This document shows positions 19,263 through 29,056 of a stretch of 64,000 nucleotides of DNA, piece after piece. Below the pieces are notes generated by a model. That model was given only the letters and a program-made list of their open reading frames with translations, did no database searches and had not been told where the DNA came from. Position numbers and translations under genes: made by a program. The DNA is from Methanothrix sp. (lineage in GTDB: Archaea; Halobacteriota; Methanosarcinia; Methanotrichales; Methanotrichaceae): the NCBI GenBank assembly GCA_040770465.1, contig JAXGJB010000001.1, positions 96,771 to 160,770 on the forward strand. Reading direction: 5' to 3'. How positions within the stretch are numbered: position 1 is the stretch's first letter; each line of letters starts with the position of its first letter.

Positions 19263-19886
19263 ATGTTCGACCGCGCGCGCGAAAAGATGCTGGAGAAGGA
19301 GATCAGAAAAGACGAGGTACCAACCTCCATAGCCGTCATCATCTCCTCAAAGGCGATATCCCCCCGGTGGTGGAGGAGGGTCGGCGATGTGGCAGGCTGG
19401 TGCACAACCCTCGGGATCCGCGAGGCAACCATCTTCCCGGAGCTGGATGGGGAAGGGCGGCTCGACGACGTCGCCCGAGAGGTGGCTGAAGAGCTCTCGG
19501 CGCTCCCGGCGAATGGCCGCCTTATCTTCGGAGATGTTGAGACCTCATTTGGGAAGGGAGGTCCTCTGGACCTCGCGATATCCATCGGCCGCGGCGGAAA
19601 GGAGGAGGTGACCGAGGCGATACGATCCCTTCTTGAAGACGTAAAATCCGGGCTAGTCGACCCCGAGGAGATCGACGAGGCCGCCATCGAGGCGAAGCTC
19701 CAGATAAATCAGAGGCCAGACCTTATGATAAGGCTCGGAGATCGAGAGCTGAGCGACTTCATGATATGGCAGTCGACCTACTCCGAGCTCTACTTCATCG
19801 ACCGGTCCTGGGACCGGCTGAAGAAGGCCGACTTTCTTTCGGCCGTCAGGGATTACCAGAGGAGAGAGAGGAGGTTTGGGAGATGA
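19263..19886 (+). CDS. cis-prenyltransferase (undecaprenyl diphosphate synthase) family protein, divergent
   Basis: PDLMIR, LSDFMIWQSTYSELYF, DYQRRERRFGR; lacks the N-terminal IMDGN motif. Confidence 0.85.
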   Translation: MFDRAREKMLEKEIRKDEVPTSIAVIISSKAISPRWWRRVGDVAGWCTTLGIREATIFPELDGEGRLDDVAREVAEELSALPANGRLIFGDVETSFGKGGPLDLAISIGRGGKEEVTEAIRSLLEDVKSGLVDPEEIDEAAIEAKLQINQRPDLMIRLGDRELSDFMIWQSTYSELYFIDRSWDRLKKADFLSAVRDYQRRERRFGR

Positions 19887-20525
19887 TCAGCCCTCTTTCG
19901 TCGGAGAGAAGGGGACGGAGCTGAGGTACTCGGCGGGGACGTTCTCCGAGATGACGATCTGATCGCTCACCGTCATCATCTTCACCCCCGCCCTCTGGGC
20001 GGCCTCGGCGTCGACTTTGATGACCCGGGGGCTGTTCGTCCTGAAGGTGCCGACGTACCACGCCTTCTCCGGGGTCGTGGAGAGGTGGACGTACCTCTGG
20101 GTCGCCGACTTAAGCCCCACCTCCAGGATCCTGTCGGCCTCCTCCTCGTTCGCCCCGTAGTAGAGGGCTGCCAAGTCGTTTTTGGGGTAGTCGAGGGCGA
20201 CATCCACCGAATGTCCGTACTTCGCCCTGATCTTCCCCTCCCTGATCTCGTACCTCTCCTTGGGGTCGGACTGGACCAGGGCGATCACCATCCTTTTATT
20301 TGCCCACCGGTACCTGGTCCCGATAGCCTCTGTGAGGTCGTCCAGATCCACCCACCCACGGGAGTTCATGTCCAGCCCCAGATCGTCGGGGAAGTGTCTG
20401 AGGGCGCCGGCCACCAGCCTGCCGAGCTTCTCGCTTCTCTCCTCTTCGAGGACGATCTGACCGGCGTTGCCACAAACGCACCGCTCCCCCCGGAAAAATC
20501 CGTGTTCTGGACATCTCTTGATCAC
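19887..20525 (-). CDS. kptA: RNA 2'-phosphotransferase (Tpt1/KptA)
   Basis: LRHFP, KERYE, IRAKYGHS, YVHLS; N-terminal CPEH..C.C zinc ribbon. Confidence 0.92.
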   Translation of the reverse strand: MIKRCPEHGFFRGERCVCGNAGQIVLEEERSEKLGRLVAGALRHFPDDLGLDMNSRGWVDLDDLTEAIGTRYRWANKRMVIALVQSDPKERYEIREGKIRAKYGHSVDVALDYPKNDLAALYYGANEEEADRILEVGLKSATQRYVHLSTTPEKAWYVGTFRTNSPRVIKVDAEAAQRAGVKMMTVSDQIVISENVPAEYLSSVPFSPTKEG

Positions 20526-20767
20526 GATTATCGCCTCCGGCTGAAATTAAAGTCGTCTTACAGATAGATATAGCTGACTCCAGAACGAAACCTTGACTCA
20601 CCGCCAGCGGCAGGCCGAATCTTGGGAGTCCAGACGCGCAGCAGCTCTCTTTACCTCCATTCCCTGCTCTTTTTTCCTCTCTCAGTCTTCCGGTTATTCG
20701 CAGGTCAAGGGAAATTTCAGGATGGAGGGCAAAGCCTGAAATAGAATTTGATCCCTGAGATCTGGCC

Positions 20768-20983
20768 ATGCTGGACTTGGACAAGATCGAGAGAGTGCTT
20801 AGTTGCGGTGACCTTCTTGATCTGGACGAAGAAGAGCTCTCCCTCGATCGGGAGACCTTTCTCCAGGCGATGAAAGAGAGGGATCGCCAGATATCCGAGA
20901 CCCTGGAGACCCTTCTGGCCGAGGTGGAGGAGCTGATCGCCCTCTCCGACGAGCTGGAATCCGAGGACGAGATCTGCAGGTGA
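20768..20983 (+). CDS. Small acidic coiled-coil hypothetical protein
   Basis: 71-aa ORF with host codon usage, ending 6 nt before mptA. Confidence 0.65.
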   Translation: MLDLDKIERVLSCGDLLDLDEEELSLDRETFLQAMKERDRQISETLETLLAEVEELIALSDELESEDEICR

Positions 20984-20989
20984 TGCCCT

Positions 20990-21964
20990 TTGGAGACGCT
21001 GCCAGACGTTCAGGCCTGCCAGCCCGAGTACCCCATAAACCTAACCCGGGTAGGGCTCACCGGCGTCAAGAAGCTGGTTAAGGTCCTCCGGGAGGACGAG
21101 GAGCGGCCGATAGTCCTCATCTCCAACTTCGAGGTCTTCGTCGACCTCCCATCCGACCGGAAGGGGGCGAACCTATCTCGAAACTTTGAGGTGATAGACG
21201 AGGTGCTGGAGGAGGCCGTAAACGAGCCGGTCTACGTAATCGAGGAGCTCTGCGGCGAGATCGCCCGCCGGGTCCTCTCAAAGCACGAGTACGCCACACG
21301 GGCCGAGGTGAAGATGAAGAGCGAGTACATCGTCGAGAGGAGCTCGCCCGTCACCAAGACCGCGGGCCAGGAGGTGGTGGACATCTTCGCCGAGGCGGTG
21401 GCGCGGGCTGGCCACGTGAGAAAGCTGGTGGGCGCGGAGGTGGTGGGGATGACCGCCTGCCCCTGCGCCCAGGAGATCATGAGAGACCAGGTCCGAAAGG
21501 AGCTATCAACCCTGGGGCTCAGCCCCGAAGAGGCCTTCGAGTTCGCCGCAAAACTTCCAGTCGCCACCCACAACCAGCGCGGCCGAGGGATGATATCGAT
21601 CCAGGTCTGCGACCGCCGCTGCGTATCCCTGGACGACATAATCAAGATCATCGAGAGGTCGATGAGCTCCCGGGTCTTTGGCCTTCTCAAGCGCCCCGAC
21701 GAGGCCCTGGTGGTCCAAAGGGCCCACAGCAACCCCAAGTTCGTAGAGGACTGCGTGCGGACGATGGCCCAGAAGTTGGTGGAATCCTTCAAAGACCTTC
21801 CCGACGACGCCGTCGTCGTCCTCAAACAGGTGAACGAGGAGAGCATCCACCAGCACAACGCCTTCGCCGAGAGGAGCGCCACCATGGGGGAGCTCCGGGC
21901 GGAGCTGGGGGCCGAGGACCTCAACAGCACCAGCACCAGCGCCATCGAGGTGCCGAAGAAATGA
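20990..21964 (+). CDS. mptA: GTP cyclohydrolase IV (methanopterin biosynthesis)
   Basis: [51 protein letters not shown]. Confidence 0.95.
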   Translation: METLPDVQACQPEYPINLTRVGLTGVKKLVKVLREDEERPIVLISNFEVFVDLPSDRKGANLSRNFEVIDEVLEEAVNEPVYVIEELCGEIARRVLSKHEYATRAEVKMKSEYIVERSSPVTKTAGQEVVDIFAEAVARAGHVRKLVGAEVVGMTACPCAQEIMRDQVRKELSTLGLSPEEAFEFAAKLPVATHNQRGRGMISIQVCDRRCVSLDDIIKIIERSMSSRVFGLLKRPDEALVVQRAHSNPKFVEDCVRTMAQKLVESFKDLPDDAVVVLKQVNEESIHQHNAFAERSATMGELRAELGAEDLNSTSTSAIEVPKK

Positions 21965-22728
21965 CCGAAAAGAAGATCGAGTTCATAGGAAGCTGCCTCT
22001 CCGACCTCCTGACAGAAAAGGAGATCATCGCCAGGTACGAGCTTCTCCAGCGGGTCTACGACTGCGTCAGGAGGGCGGACCTCTCCCCCGAAGAGAAGGT
22101 GGAATTGAAGAAGACCCTGGGCAAAAAGAACGTCGCTTCGGGAATATTCTTCAACCTCCTCTCCGGCGAGCCGATCTTCATCAACCTTCCGAAGCTTGAC
22201 AGCGTGATAAAGATCAACGATAGGATGTTCCACTTCGTCCACACCGGGAATTACGCAGACCCCGACTTCGCACGAGCCTTCAATCAGTTCAAAGACTCCG
22301 AGAAAGAGATCGAGGAGCTGGTGCGGCTTAACCTCAAAGACCTCGTGGCCGAGTTCATGGCGGGGGCGGGCTACGCCGTCGCCGACGGCTCCTCAGGGTC
22401 GGGGATGCTCACCTTCGCGGGCCCCGAGGGCAAGAGGCTCGACTTCTGGATATTCTCATCGATCGAGGATGTGGAGCTGGTGGAGGGGATGGGGGGGTCT
22501 GTCGTCATCGTCCCCCACGCCGAGAGCCCCGGCCCCTTCATCGCCTTCTTCCGAGAGAGAGGGAAGGAGGCGGAGCTGGCCGAGATCAAGGTCTGGGTCG
22601 CCAACATGGAGCAGGGGACGATCGACCCCTTCATAGGCTACCCAAAAGACCTCGCCATCTACAAGCAGTTCAACAACCCGCGGATGGCGATGATGGTCAA
22701 GACGAACTGGGGCCGGAGGATGGAGTAA
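21961..22728 (+). CDS. Hypothetical protein
   Basis: 255-aa ORF overlapping the mptA stop (ATGA); host codon usage. Confidence 0.8.
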   Translation: MTEKKIEFIGSCLSDLLTEKEIIARYELLQRVYDCVRRADLSPEEKVELKKTLGKKNVASGIFFNLLSGEPIFINLPKLDSVIKINDRMFHFVHTGNYADPDFARAFNQFKDSEKEIEELVRLNLKDLVAEFMAGAGYAVADGSSGSGMLTFAGPEGKRLDFWIFSSIEDVELVEGMGGSVVIVPHAESPGPFIAFFRERGKEAELAEIKVWVANMEQGTIDPFIGYPKDLAIYKQFNNPRMAMMVKTNWGRRME

Positions 22729-22864
22729 AGACCGAGGTCGGCGTCGCCCTCCTCCTCCGATCGAGGATTGAAAATAGATCGACGTAGATCGACGACGAAG
22801 ACCAAAGATGAAACATGTGATTGTCGCCGAGGAAAACTCCTCGGCCTCTTATAAATCGAGCCTT

Positions 22865-24001
22865 TCACCCCAGCATCTTCCCCATCCTCTCCAGAGCCTG
22901 CTGGAGCCTCTCCCGCGAGGCGGCGTAAGAGATCCGGACGTGATCGACTCCGCCCGGTCCGAAGGCCGAGCCGGGGGTGGCCGCCAGCATCGCCTCCGAG
23001 AGCATCCTCTCGGCGAACCTGTCCCCGCCTCCGACCTCCGAGACGTCGGGGAAGACGTAGAAGGCGCCGCCGGGAAGAGGGCATCGAATGCCGATCTCCG
23101 CGAGCCCCGCGACGAGCAGGTCCCGCCGGGCCTGAAACTCGGCCACCATCGCTCTGATGCTCTCCTGGGGGCCCTTGAGCGCCTCGATCCCCGCCCACTG
23201 GACGAAGGTGGTGGCGTGAGAGACGGAGTGGGAGAGGATCCTGTTCACCCACGCCATCATCTCCTGGGGTCCTGTCAGGTAGCCGAGCCGCCAGCCGGTC
23301 ATGGCGTAGCACTTGGAGAAGCCGTTGACGGTGACGGTCCGGTTCTCCATCCCAGGAAGCGACCCGATGCTGAGGTGCTCCTGGCCGTAGATGATCTTCT
23401 CATAGATCTCGTCGGATAGTACCAAAAGGTCGTGGTCGACGGCCAGGTCCCTAATCTCCTCGAGGATCGACCTATCGAAGACGGCGCCGGTGGGGTTTGA
23501 GGGGGAGTTGACCAGGATCATCTTCGTCCTGGAGTTGATGGAATCCGCCAGGCTGACGGGCTCAAATTCATCGTCCACCTCGGCCCATCGGACCCTCCCT
23601 CCGGCGAAGTTGACGCATGGCTCGTAGCTGACCCAGGAGGGTCCGATGAGGACGCACTCGTCCCCCTCGTCCAGAAGCGCCTGCATCGCGGCGAAGATCG
23701 CCATCTTCGCCCCCGGGACGACGGATACGAGGTCCGGTGATACCTCGATCCCGTTCTCGTTGTAGAGCTTCTCCGCGATCGCCGTCCGGAGCTCCGGGAT
23801 CCCGCTGGTGGGGAGATAGTGGGTGTCACCCCTCTGGATAGAAGTGATGGCGGCATCGCAGATGTTCTTGGGCGTATCGAAGTCGGGCTCTCCCACCCCC
23901 AGGTCGATGACGTCAAGCCCGGCGGCGTTCAGCTTCTTGGCCATCGCCGAGATCTTCATGGTGGTGGACTCGGGGATCGAGGCGAGTCTCTCTGATACCA
24001 A
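22865..24001 (-). CDS. PLP-dependent aminotransferase class I (aspartate aminotransferase-like)
   Basis: GEPDF, NSPSNPTG, SDEIY, NGFSKCYAMTGWRLG. Confidence 0.95.
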   Translation of the reverse strand: MVSERLASIPESTTMKISAMAKKLNAAGLDVIDLGVGEPDFDTPKNICDAAITSIQRGDTHYLPTSGIPELRTAIAEKLYNENGIEVSPDLVSVVPGAKMAIFAAMQALLDEGDECVLIGPSWVSYEPCVNFAGGRVRWAEVDDEFEPVSLADSINSRTKMILVNSPSNPTGAVFDRSILEEIRDLAVDHDLLVLSDEIYEKIIYGQEHLSIGSLPGMENRTVTVNGFSKCYAMTGWRLGYLTGPQEMMAWVNRILSHSVSHATTFVQWAGIEALKGPQESIRAMVAEFQARRDLLVAGLAEIGIRCPLPGGAFYVFPDVSEVGGGDRFAERMLSEAMLAATPGSAFGPGGVDHVRISYAASRERLQQALERMGKMLG

Positions 24002-24003
24002 AT

Positions 24004-24414
24004 CTAATCACCCTTCAGCCTTTTGACCATCTTGACCGCGGCCTCCACGGCCCGCTTGGAGTAGTCTATGCGACGATGCGCGTCCATCCTGGACATCTTG
24101 GGGCCGGAGATCCCCAGGGTGACGGGCTTGTCGAACTCCAGGGCCAGGTCCATGATCTTCCGCGAAGCCTGCTGGGCCACGATCTCGTCGTGGCCGGTCT
24201 CGCCCTGGATGACGCAGCCGATGGTCACCACGGCGTCGACGTCGTCGCGGGCGATCAGCTTTTTTACGGCGAGAGGCATGTCGTAGACTCCAGGTACCAG
24301 AAGCGTAACTGGGACCTCTGCGCCCAGAAATTCCGCATGTTCTCGCCCCAGGATCTCCATCTGGTATGTGATATCCCGGTTGAACTCTGCGACCACAAAA
24401 CCAAGTTTTATCAT
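24004..24414 (-). CDS. ribH: 6,7-dimethyl-8-ribityllumazine synthase
   Basis: [31 protein letters not shown]. Confidence 0.93.
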   Translation of the reverse strand: MIKLGFVVAEFNRDITYQMEILGREHAEFLGAEVPVTLLVPGVYDMPLAVKKLIARDDVDAVVTIGCVIQGETGHDEIVAQQASRKIMDLALEFDKPVTLGISGPKMSRMDAHRRIDYSKRAVEAAVKMVKRLKGD

Positions 24415-24576
24415 AAATTCAACACCGCCAGAGAGGGTGGGTAGCTTCTTAAGCTCGGCGCATTTTGCGCTAATAAAACCATCGATCGGTGGTGGCATAA
24501 TTCTCGGAGCCAAAACCTATCGAAGGGTCAAAACCCATTTATTCTTTGCCAATTTATCCGGGCTGGTGGATGCCTT

Positions 24577-25443
24577 ATGAATTGGGTTTACCTGGATGGG
24601 AAGTTCGTTCCCGCTGAAGAGGCGGCGGTCTCGGTTTACGATCACGGCCTTCTGTACGGCGACGGGGTCTTTGAGGGGATAAGGGCCTACAACGGCAGGG
24701 TCTTCAGGCTGGAGGAGCACGTCAAGAGGCTTTACGACTCCGCCAAGGCGATCATGCTGGAGATACCCATGAGCCAGGAGGAGATGTGCGATGCGATCCG
24801 GGAGACGCTCAGAAAGAACGGCCTCACCGACGCCTACATCCGACCCCTGGTCACACGAGGCGTCGGAGACCTGGGGCTTGACCCAAGGAAGTGCGCAAAG
24901 CCGACGGTTATGATCATCTCTCAGAAGTGGGACGCCATGTACGGAGACCTCTACGAGGTCGGCCTCACCGCCGTCACCGTCACCGTCCGGAGAAACTCGT
25001 CGGCGGCGCTCCCACCAAACATCAAGTCCCTCAACTACCTCAACAACATCCTCGCCAAGATCGAGGCGAACGTCAAGGGCGGAAACGAGGCGATCTTCCT
25101 GGACGATGCCGGGAACGTCTCCGAGGGGAGCGGCGACAACATCTTCGTCGTCAAGGACGGGAAGATATTCACCCCCCACACCTTGAACAACCTCAAGGGG
25201 ATAACCAGGATCGCCGTCATCGAGGTCGCCCTGGCCCGGGGGTACGAGATGAAGGACGTCCACCTGGGGATCTTCGACCTCTACACCGCCGACGAGATCT
25301 TCGTCACGGGGACGGCGGCGGAGGTCGCTCCGGTCACCAGGATCGACGGCAGGGTGATAAGCGGCGGAAAGCCCGGCCCGGTCACCAGAGATATCATCGA
25401 GGGCTTCAAAGAGATGACGGAAACGACGGGAACTCCCATCTGA
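24577..25443 (+). CDS. ilvE: Branched-chain amino acid aminotransferase
   Basis: [41 protein letters not shown]. Confidence 0.96.
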   Translation: MNWVYLDGKFVPAEEAAVSVYDHGLLYGDGVFEGIRAYNGRVFRLEEHVKRLYDSAKAIMLEIPMSQEEMCDAIRETLRKNGLTDAYIRPLVTRGVGDLGLDPRKCAKPTVMIISQKWDAMYGDLYEVGLTAVTVTVRRNSSAALPPNIKSLNYLNNILAKIEANVKGGNEAIFLDDAGNVSEGSGDNIFVVKDGKIFTPHTLNNLKGITRIAVIEVALARGYEMKDVHLGIFDLYTADEIFVTGTAAEVAPVTRIDGRVISGGKPGPVTRDIIEGFKEMTETTGTPI

Positions 25444-25519
25444 ACTCTCCCGATCCATCAGAAACGACGCGGACGGCCTGAACTTCCTGGACGAAAAGAA
25501 AACCGGAATGGGAGGATCT

Positions 25520-25921
25520 TCAGGATGGAACGACCTTGATGAGGACGTTCCTCCTCCGGGGGCCGTCCAGCTCGACGAAGAGGACCCTCTGCCAGGTTCC
25601 CATGACCAGGCATCCCTCCTCGATCGGAATCGTCTGACAACTTCCCAAAAGGACGGCCTGGAGGTGGGCGTGGGCGTTGTCGTCGATCCTGTCGTGGAGG
25701 TACCCGTCCCCGGGCGGCGCGAGGGACGAGAGCCTCCGGATCAGATCCTGAACAAGGCCGCTCTCCGACTCGTTGATCACGATCCCCGTGGTGGTGTGGA
25801 GGGTGTAGACGAGGCAGATCCCCTCAACAACGCCGCTATCCGCCACGGCTCCGTTAACCTGATCGGTTATGTCTACGACCTGAACCGGCTTTTCCGTCTT
25901 TATCTCCAGCAGATGAATCAC
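25520..25921 (-). CDS. YjbQ/UPF0047 family protein
   Basis: HTT...INE, NAHAHL, GTWQRVLFVELDGPR. Confidence 0.93.
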   Translation of the reverse strand: MIHLLEIKTEKPVQVVDITDQVNGAVADSGVVEGICLVYTLHTTTGIVINESESGLVQDLIRRLSSLAPPGDGYLHDRIDDNAHAHLQAVLLGSCQTIPIEEGCLVMGTWQRVLFVELDGPRRRNVLIKVVPS

Positions 25922-25976
25922 CTCATCACAGAACCCGTTTTAAACGTATATATAAAATAAATTGAATTATAAAAGA

Positions 25977-26630
25977 TCATACTCCGCCAAACCCCTCAGA
26001 TGTGGGGTTCTCGGAGAACCGCAGAGTCTTCTCGACCTCGAAGACTCCGGAGAAGGTCTGGTGCTCCAACATGTCCTTATAGAAGATCTTGTGCCACCTG
26101 GAGTCGGTCTGCCACGTTCCGTTGAAGCTTGTGGCAAGGTCCATTCCCACCATGTGGGCGGGGCTTTTTTCCCTCAGGGCCGCGGCCTCGGCGGGGTCTG
26201 AGGACCGTGATCCTGGGTCGGTGGAGGCGAAGTAGGTCTTCTGGATCCTCTCCATCTCAGTCACCTCAAAATACTCCTTTACTTCGGCGCCGATGCCGCC
26301 CCAGAAGGCTTTGGAGTTGATGTACTTGCTCCCCACCATGGGGGTCTCCCCCTCGTAGCTCATCTTGACCTCGTCAAGGAGGTTGAGGGGGACTTTGGAG
26401 CCGTTCAGATCGCCCTGGACGTTTGCGGCGCTGGTCGAGACGGCGCTCTTCTGGTCCATCTCCAGGTGGCCGTCTCCGTAGACGAAGCTGTAGTACTCAA
26501 GCCCAATCCTCTTGTCCACCACCGAGGAGCCCACCTCGAAGTAGCCGGTTCCAGACGCCCTGACCCTGTTGTAATAATCCTCGCTCTGGGCAGTCTCGGA
26601 GATCGCCGGGTTTCCGGCAGCCACGCTCAT
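25977..26630 (-). CDS. Hypothetical exported protein (signal-peptide-like stretch lies upstream of the in-frame ATG)
   Basis: 217-aa ORF; the same frame upstream reads ATFSAILLIAVLA-MSVAA with no in-frame canonical start codon. Confidence 0.75.
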   Translation of the reverse strand: MSVAAGNPAISETAQSEDYYNRVRASGTGYFEVGSSVVDKRIGLEYYSFVYGDGHLEMDQKSAVSTSAANVQGDLNGSKVPLNLLDEVKMSYEGETPMVGSKYINSKAFWGGIGAEVKEYFEVTEMERIQKTYFASTDPGSRSSDPAEAAALREKSPAHMVGMDLATSFNGTWQTDSRWHKIFYKDMLEHQTFSGVFEVEKTLRFSENPTSEGFGGV

Positions 26631-26839
26631 CGCCAGAACGGCGATGAGGAGGATCGCGCTAAAAGTCGCCCCCTTCGTCCCTCTCGCCCCACAGTCGTTG
26701 CTCGGACCTATTATTCGGCATCTTAATTAAAAAATGTGTCGTTTGGAGGCGCCGTCGTCAGGTCGGCTTAAATCCCTCAAGATCCTACAGGCCAGATGAA
26801 GAATAGACCAAGAGAAGAAAGAGAAGACGAGGCGAGATC

Positions 26840-27889
26840 GTGAAGATTGAGGTGTGGACCTGGGGGACGGGTGGACCCTTCGGAAGAGAGCTTGGCATCT
26901 CTCCCAACCGGAGACGGCGAGGCCATACGGCGACGTCGATCATCTTCTCAGATGAGGGTGAAGGCGGCGGGATCGGGGCCCACGTCCTCGTCGACGCCGG
27001 TGCCCCTTTCGTCGAGACGATGATCGAGAGGGGGGTGGGGTCCCCAGACCTCCTCTTTCTGACCCACCCCCACTTCGACCACGTCTCAGACCTGGATAGG
27101 CTCGCAAACAGCAGGATGAGGGGGCTCATGGTCGAGAGGGGGAAGAGAGACTTCGAGGGGGCGGAGAGGAGCTTCGGGCCGCTCCCGGTGATCGGGACCT
27201 ATGGGTGTCTGAACCACCCCGAGGACGGGGTGAAGGCGAGGTTCGGCTACCTTGGAAGGCTCGTCTCCTACAAGCCGATATCGACCTTTGGCGTATGGCA
27301 CCGGGTCCGGAGGAAGGACGGCTCCATCTTCCCGATCGAGCCTTTGAATTTTGAAGGTCGCCGGATCGACCGCTCCATGGATCTCCCGGGTCCCGGGAGC
27401 TTCTATCCCCTGGAGTTTGCAGCCCTTCCCGTCCGCCACTCGAAGCACGCTCCAGGGTCCTGCCTCTTCATATTCAGGTTCAAACCGGGCGGAGTCGGTG
27501 GCCCTCCCGGCGAACGGGATGGTGGAGGGAGAAAAACCAGAAACGTCGTCGTCTCCGGGGACTTCAAGTCGATGGAAGAATGGGTCGAAGAAAGTCCGGA
27601 TCTCGTGGATCCGGCCTGCATCGTCCTCGATTCAAATACCATCAAGGCCTCCGGAAGATATCACGCAAGCTTCGAGGAGAACAAGGCACGGATCGACCGG
27701 TGGTCCTCCGGAGATGAGGATGTCCTGGTCCTCATAAACCACCTCTCGGGCTTTGGCGACTACACCGAGGGCTTCTACGACCACGTCCCCGACGACGAGG
27801 ACTGGAGGGTTGCCATCGACGGTTTCATCCCGAAGCCGAAGGTGATGATCAGGATCGCCGAGGACGGGGCCTGCTATCGCCTCAGATGA
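26840..27889 (+). CDS. Metallo-beta-lactamase fold hydrolase (PhnP/RNase Z-like)
   Basis: GTGG, LVDAG, THPHFDH (HxHxDH), VSGD, NHLSG. Confidence 0.85.
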   Translation: MKIEVWTWGTGGPFGRELGISPNRRRRGHTATSIIFSDEGEGGGIGAHVLVDAGAPFVETMIERGVGSPDLLFLTHPHFDHVSDLDRLANSRMRGLMVERGKRDFEGAERSFGPLPVIGTYGCLNHPEDGVKARFGYLGRLVSYKPISTFGVWHRVRRKDGSIFPIEPLNFEGRRIDRSMDLPGPGSFYPLEFAALPVRHSKHAPGSCLFIFRFKPGGVGGPPGERDGGGRKTRNVVVSGDFKSMEEWVEESPDLVDPACIVLDSNTIKASGRYHASFEENKARIDRWSSGDEDVLVLINHLSGFGDYTEGFYDHVPDDEDWRVAIDGFIPKPKVMIRIAEDGACYRLR

Positions 27890-27989
27890 TGTGGGGGCGG
27901 GGCTCGGCCGAGAGATCCCAAAGCCTTTAAGAGTGAAGCCGACTTCAGATGATCGAGATGATGACCGGCTTATGATGGAGTTAGTGATC

Positions 27990-29030
27990 ATGAGAACGAA
28001 ATTATTTCTGGTTTTGGCGGCGGCCCTCATTCTGGCCCCGGTTTACTCCGCGGCCGAGGAGACCGTGGGCCTGGGACCCTACCTGGTCTCCTTCAACCTG
28101 ACGGCTTCGAAAAACTGCACCATCCTGGCAGCGGAGCCCGTCGAGGGGAGAACGCCGACGGGAACCGATTACGTCGAACGCTCCATCACCCTGGACTGCG
28201 ACGACGGTCGGGCCGAGATCAGGATCGCAAAATACGTCAGCCCCGTCTCGGCGGGCGACGGCGCCACCCGGGCTTTGAGCAAAAAGACGCCCTGGGGTAT
28301 CGGGTGCATCGGCGTCGAGACCGAGGCCCGGCTCGTGGACCGGCACACCGGATATCTGACGACCTTCTCGCTCGCCGCAGGTGGAGAGGTCTATAAGGCC
28401 GCATACTGGCTGGACAGGTACCTGGCGCCCGGGGACTATCAGGGAGAGACGTCCTGCGTCATATCCTCCAGCCTCCCCTGGGTGGCGACAAAAGAGCTGC
28501 TCGATACCCTCCACGTCGAGAGAAGGCCGGAGGCGGCCCTGAACGGATCGACGGCTGAGACGGTGATCGCCGGCCCCTACGCCGTCTCCTTCGACCTGGG
28601 GGATCTGAACTACACCATCTCCCTGGAGGCTCCCGAGCCCGGCGAGGCCGGTCTGGGGGTTGAGACTCAGAGGATAACCCTCGACGAGGGAAACAGGGCG
28701 GCCACCATCAAGATCACCGGCTACGAAGACTTCAGGCCCGTAAACCTCGAAGCTGAGAGGCTCCTCGCCGAAGCCCTCCTGGCGGCGGGGGGGTACACAA
28801 GGAACAACGCAACGGATTGGACGATCGGCGGCGAAGCGGGGGTCCTGGGGGTCGGGGAGGACGACGACCACCAGATCCTCTATGCTGCGATCTATTGGCC
28901 CGACCAGGTCCAGACGGAGGATGGACAGGTCATCGGAACGGCCAGGTGCGAGGTGGAGTCGAGCTTCTTTTGGGACACGACGGAGAGGCTCCTCAACACC
29001 ATCAGCGTTGAGAGGATCGAGGTGACCTGA
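27990..29030 (+). CDS. Secreted protein with two tandem ~160-aa homologous domains
   Basis: Signal peptide MRTKLFLVLAAALILAPVYSAA; repeats ETV..GPY.VSF.L...YW.D...C...S...W..T..LL.T..VER. Confidence 0.8.
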   Translation: MRTKLFLVLAAALILAPVYSAAEETVGLGPYLVSFNLTASKNCTILAAEPVEGRTPTGTDYVERSITLDCDDGRAEIRIAKYVSPVSAGDGATRALSKKTPWGIGCIGVETEARLVDRHTGYLTTFSLAAGGEVYKAAYWLDRYLAPGDYQGETSCVISSSLPWVATKELLDTLHVERRPEAALNGSTAETVIAGPYAVSFDLGDLNYTISLEAPEPGEAGLGVETQRITLDEGNRAATIKITGYEDFRPVNLEAERLLAEALLAAGGYTRNNATDWTIGGEAGVLGVGEDDDHQILYAAIYWPDQVQTEDGQVIGTARCEVESSFFWDTTERLLNTISVERIEVT

Positions 29031-29056
29031 CCCGGTTGCGGGGTCGGAGGGCCATT

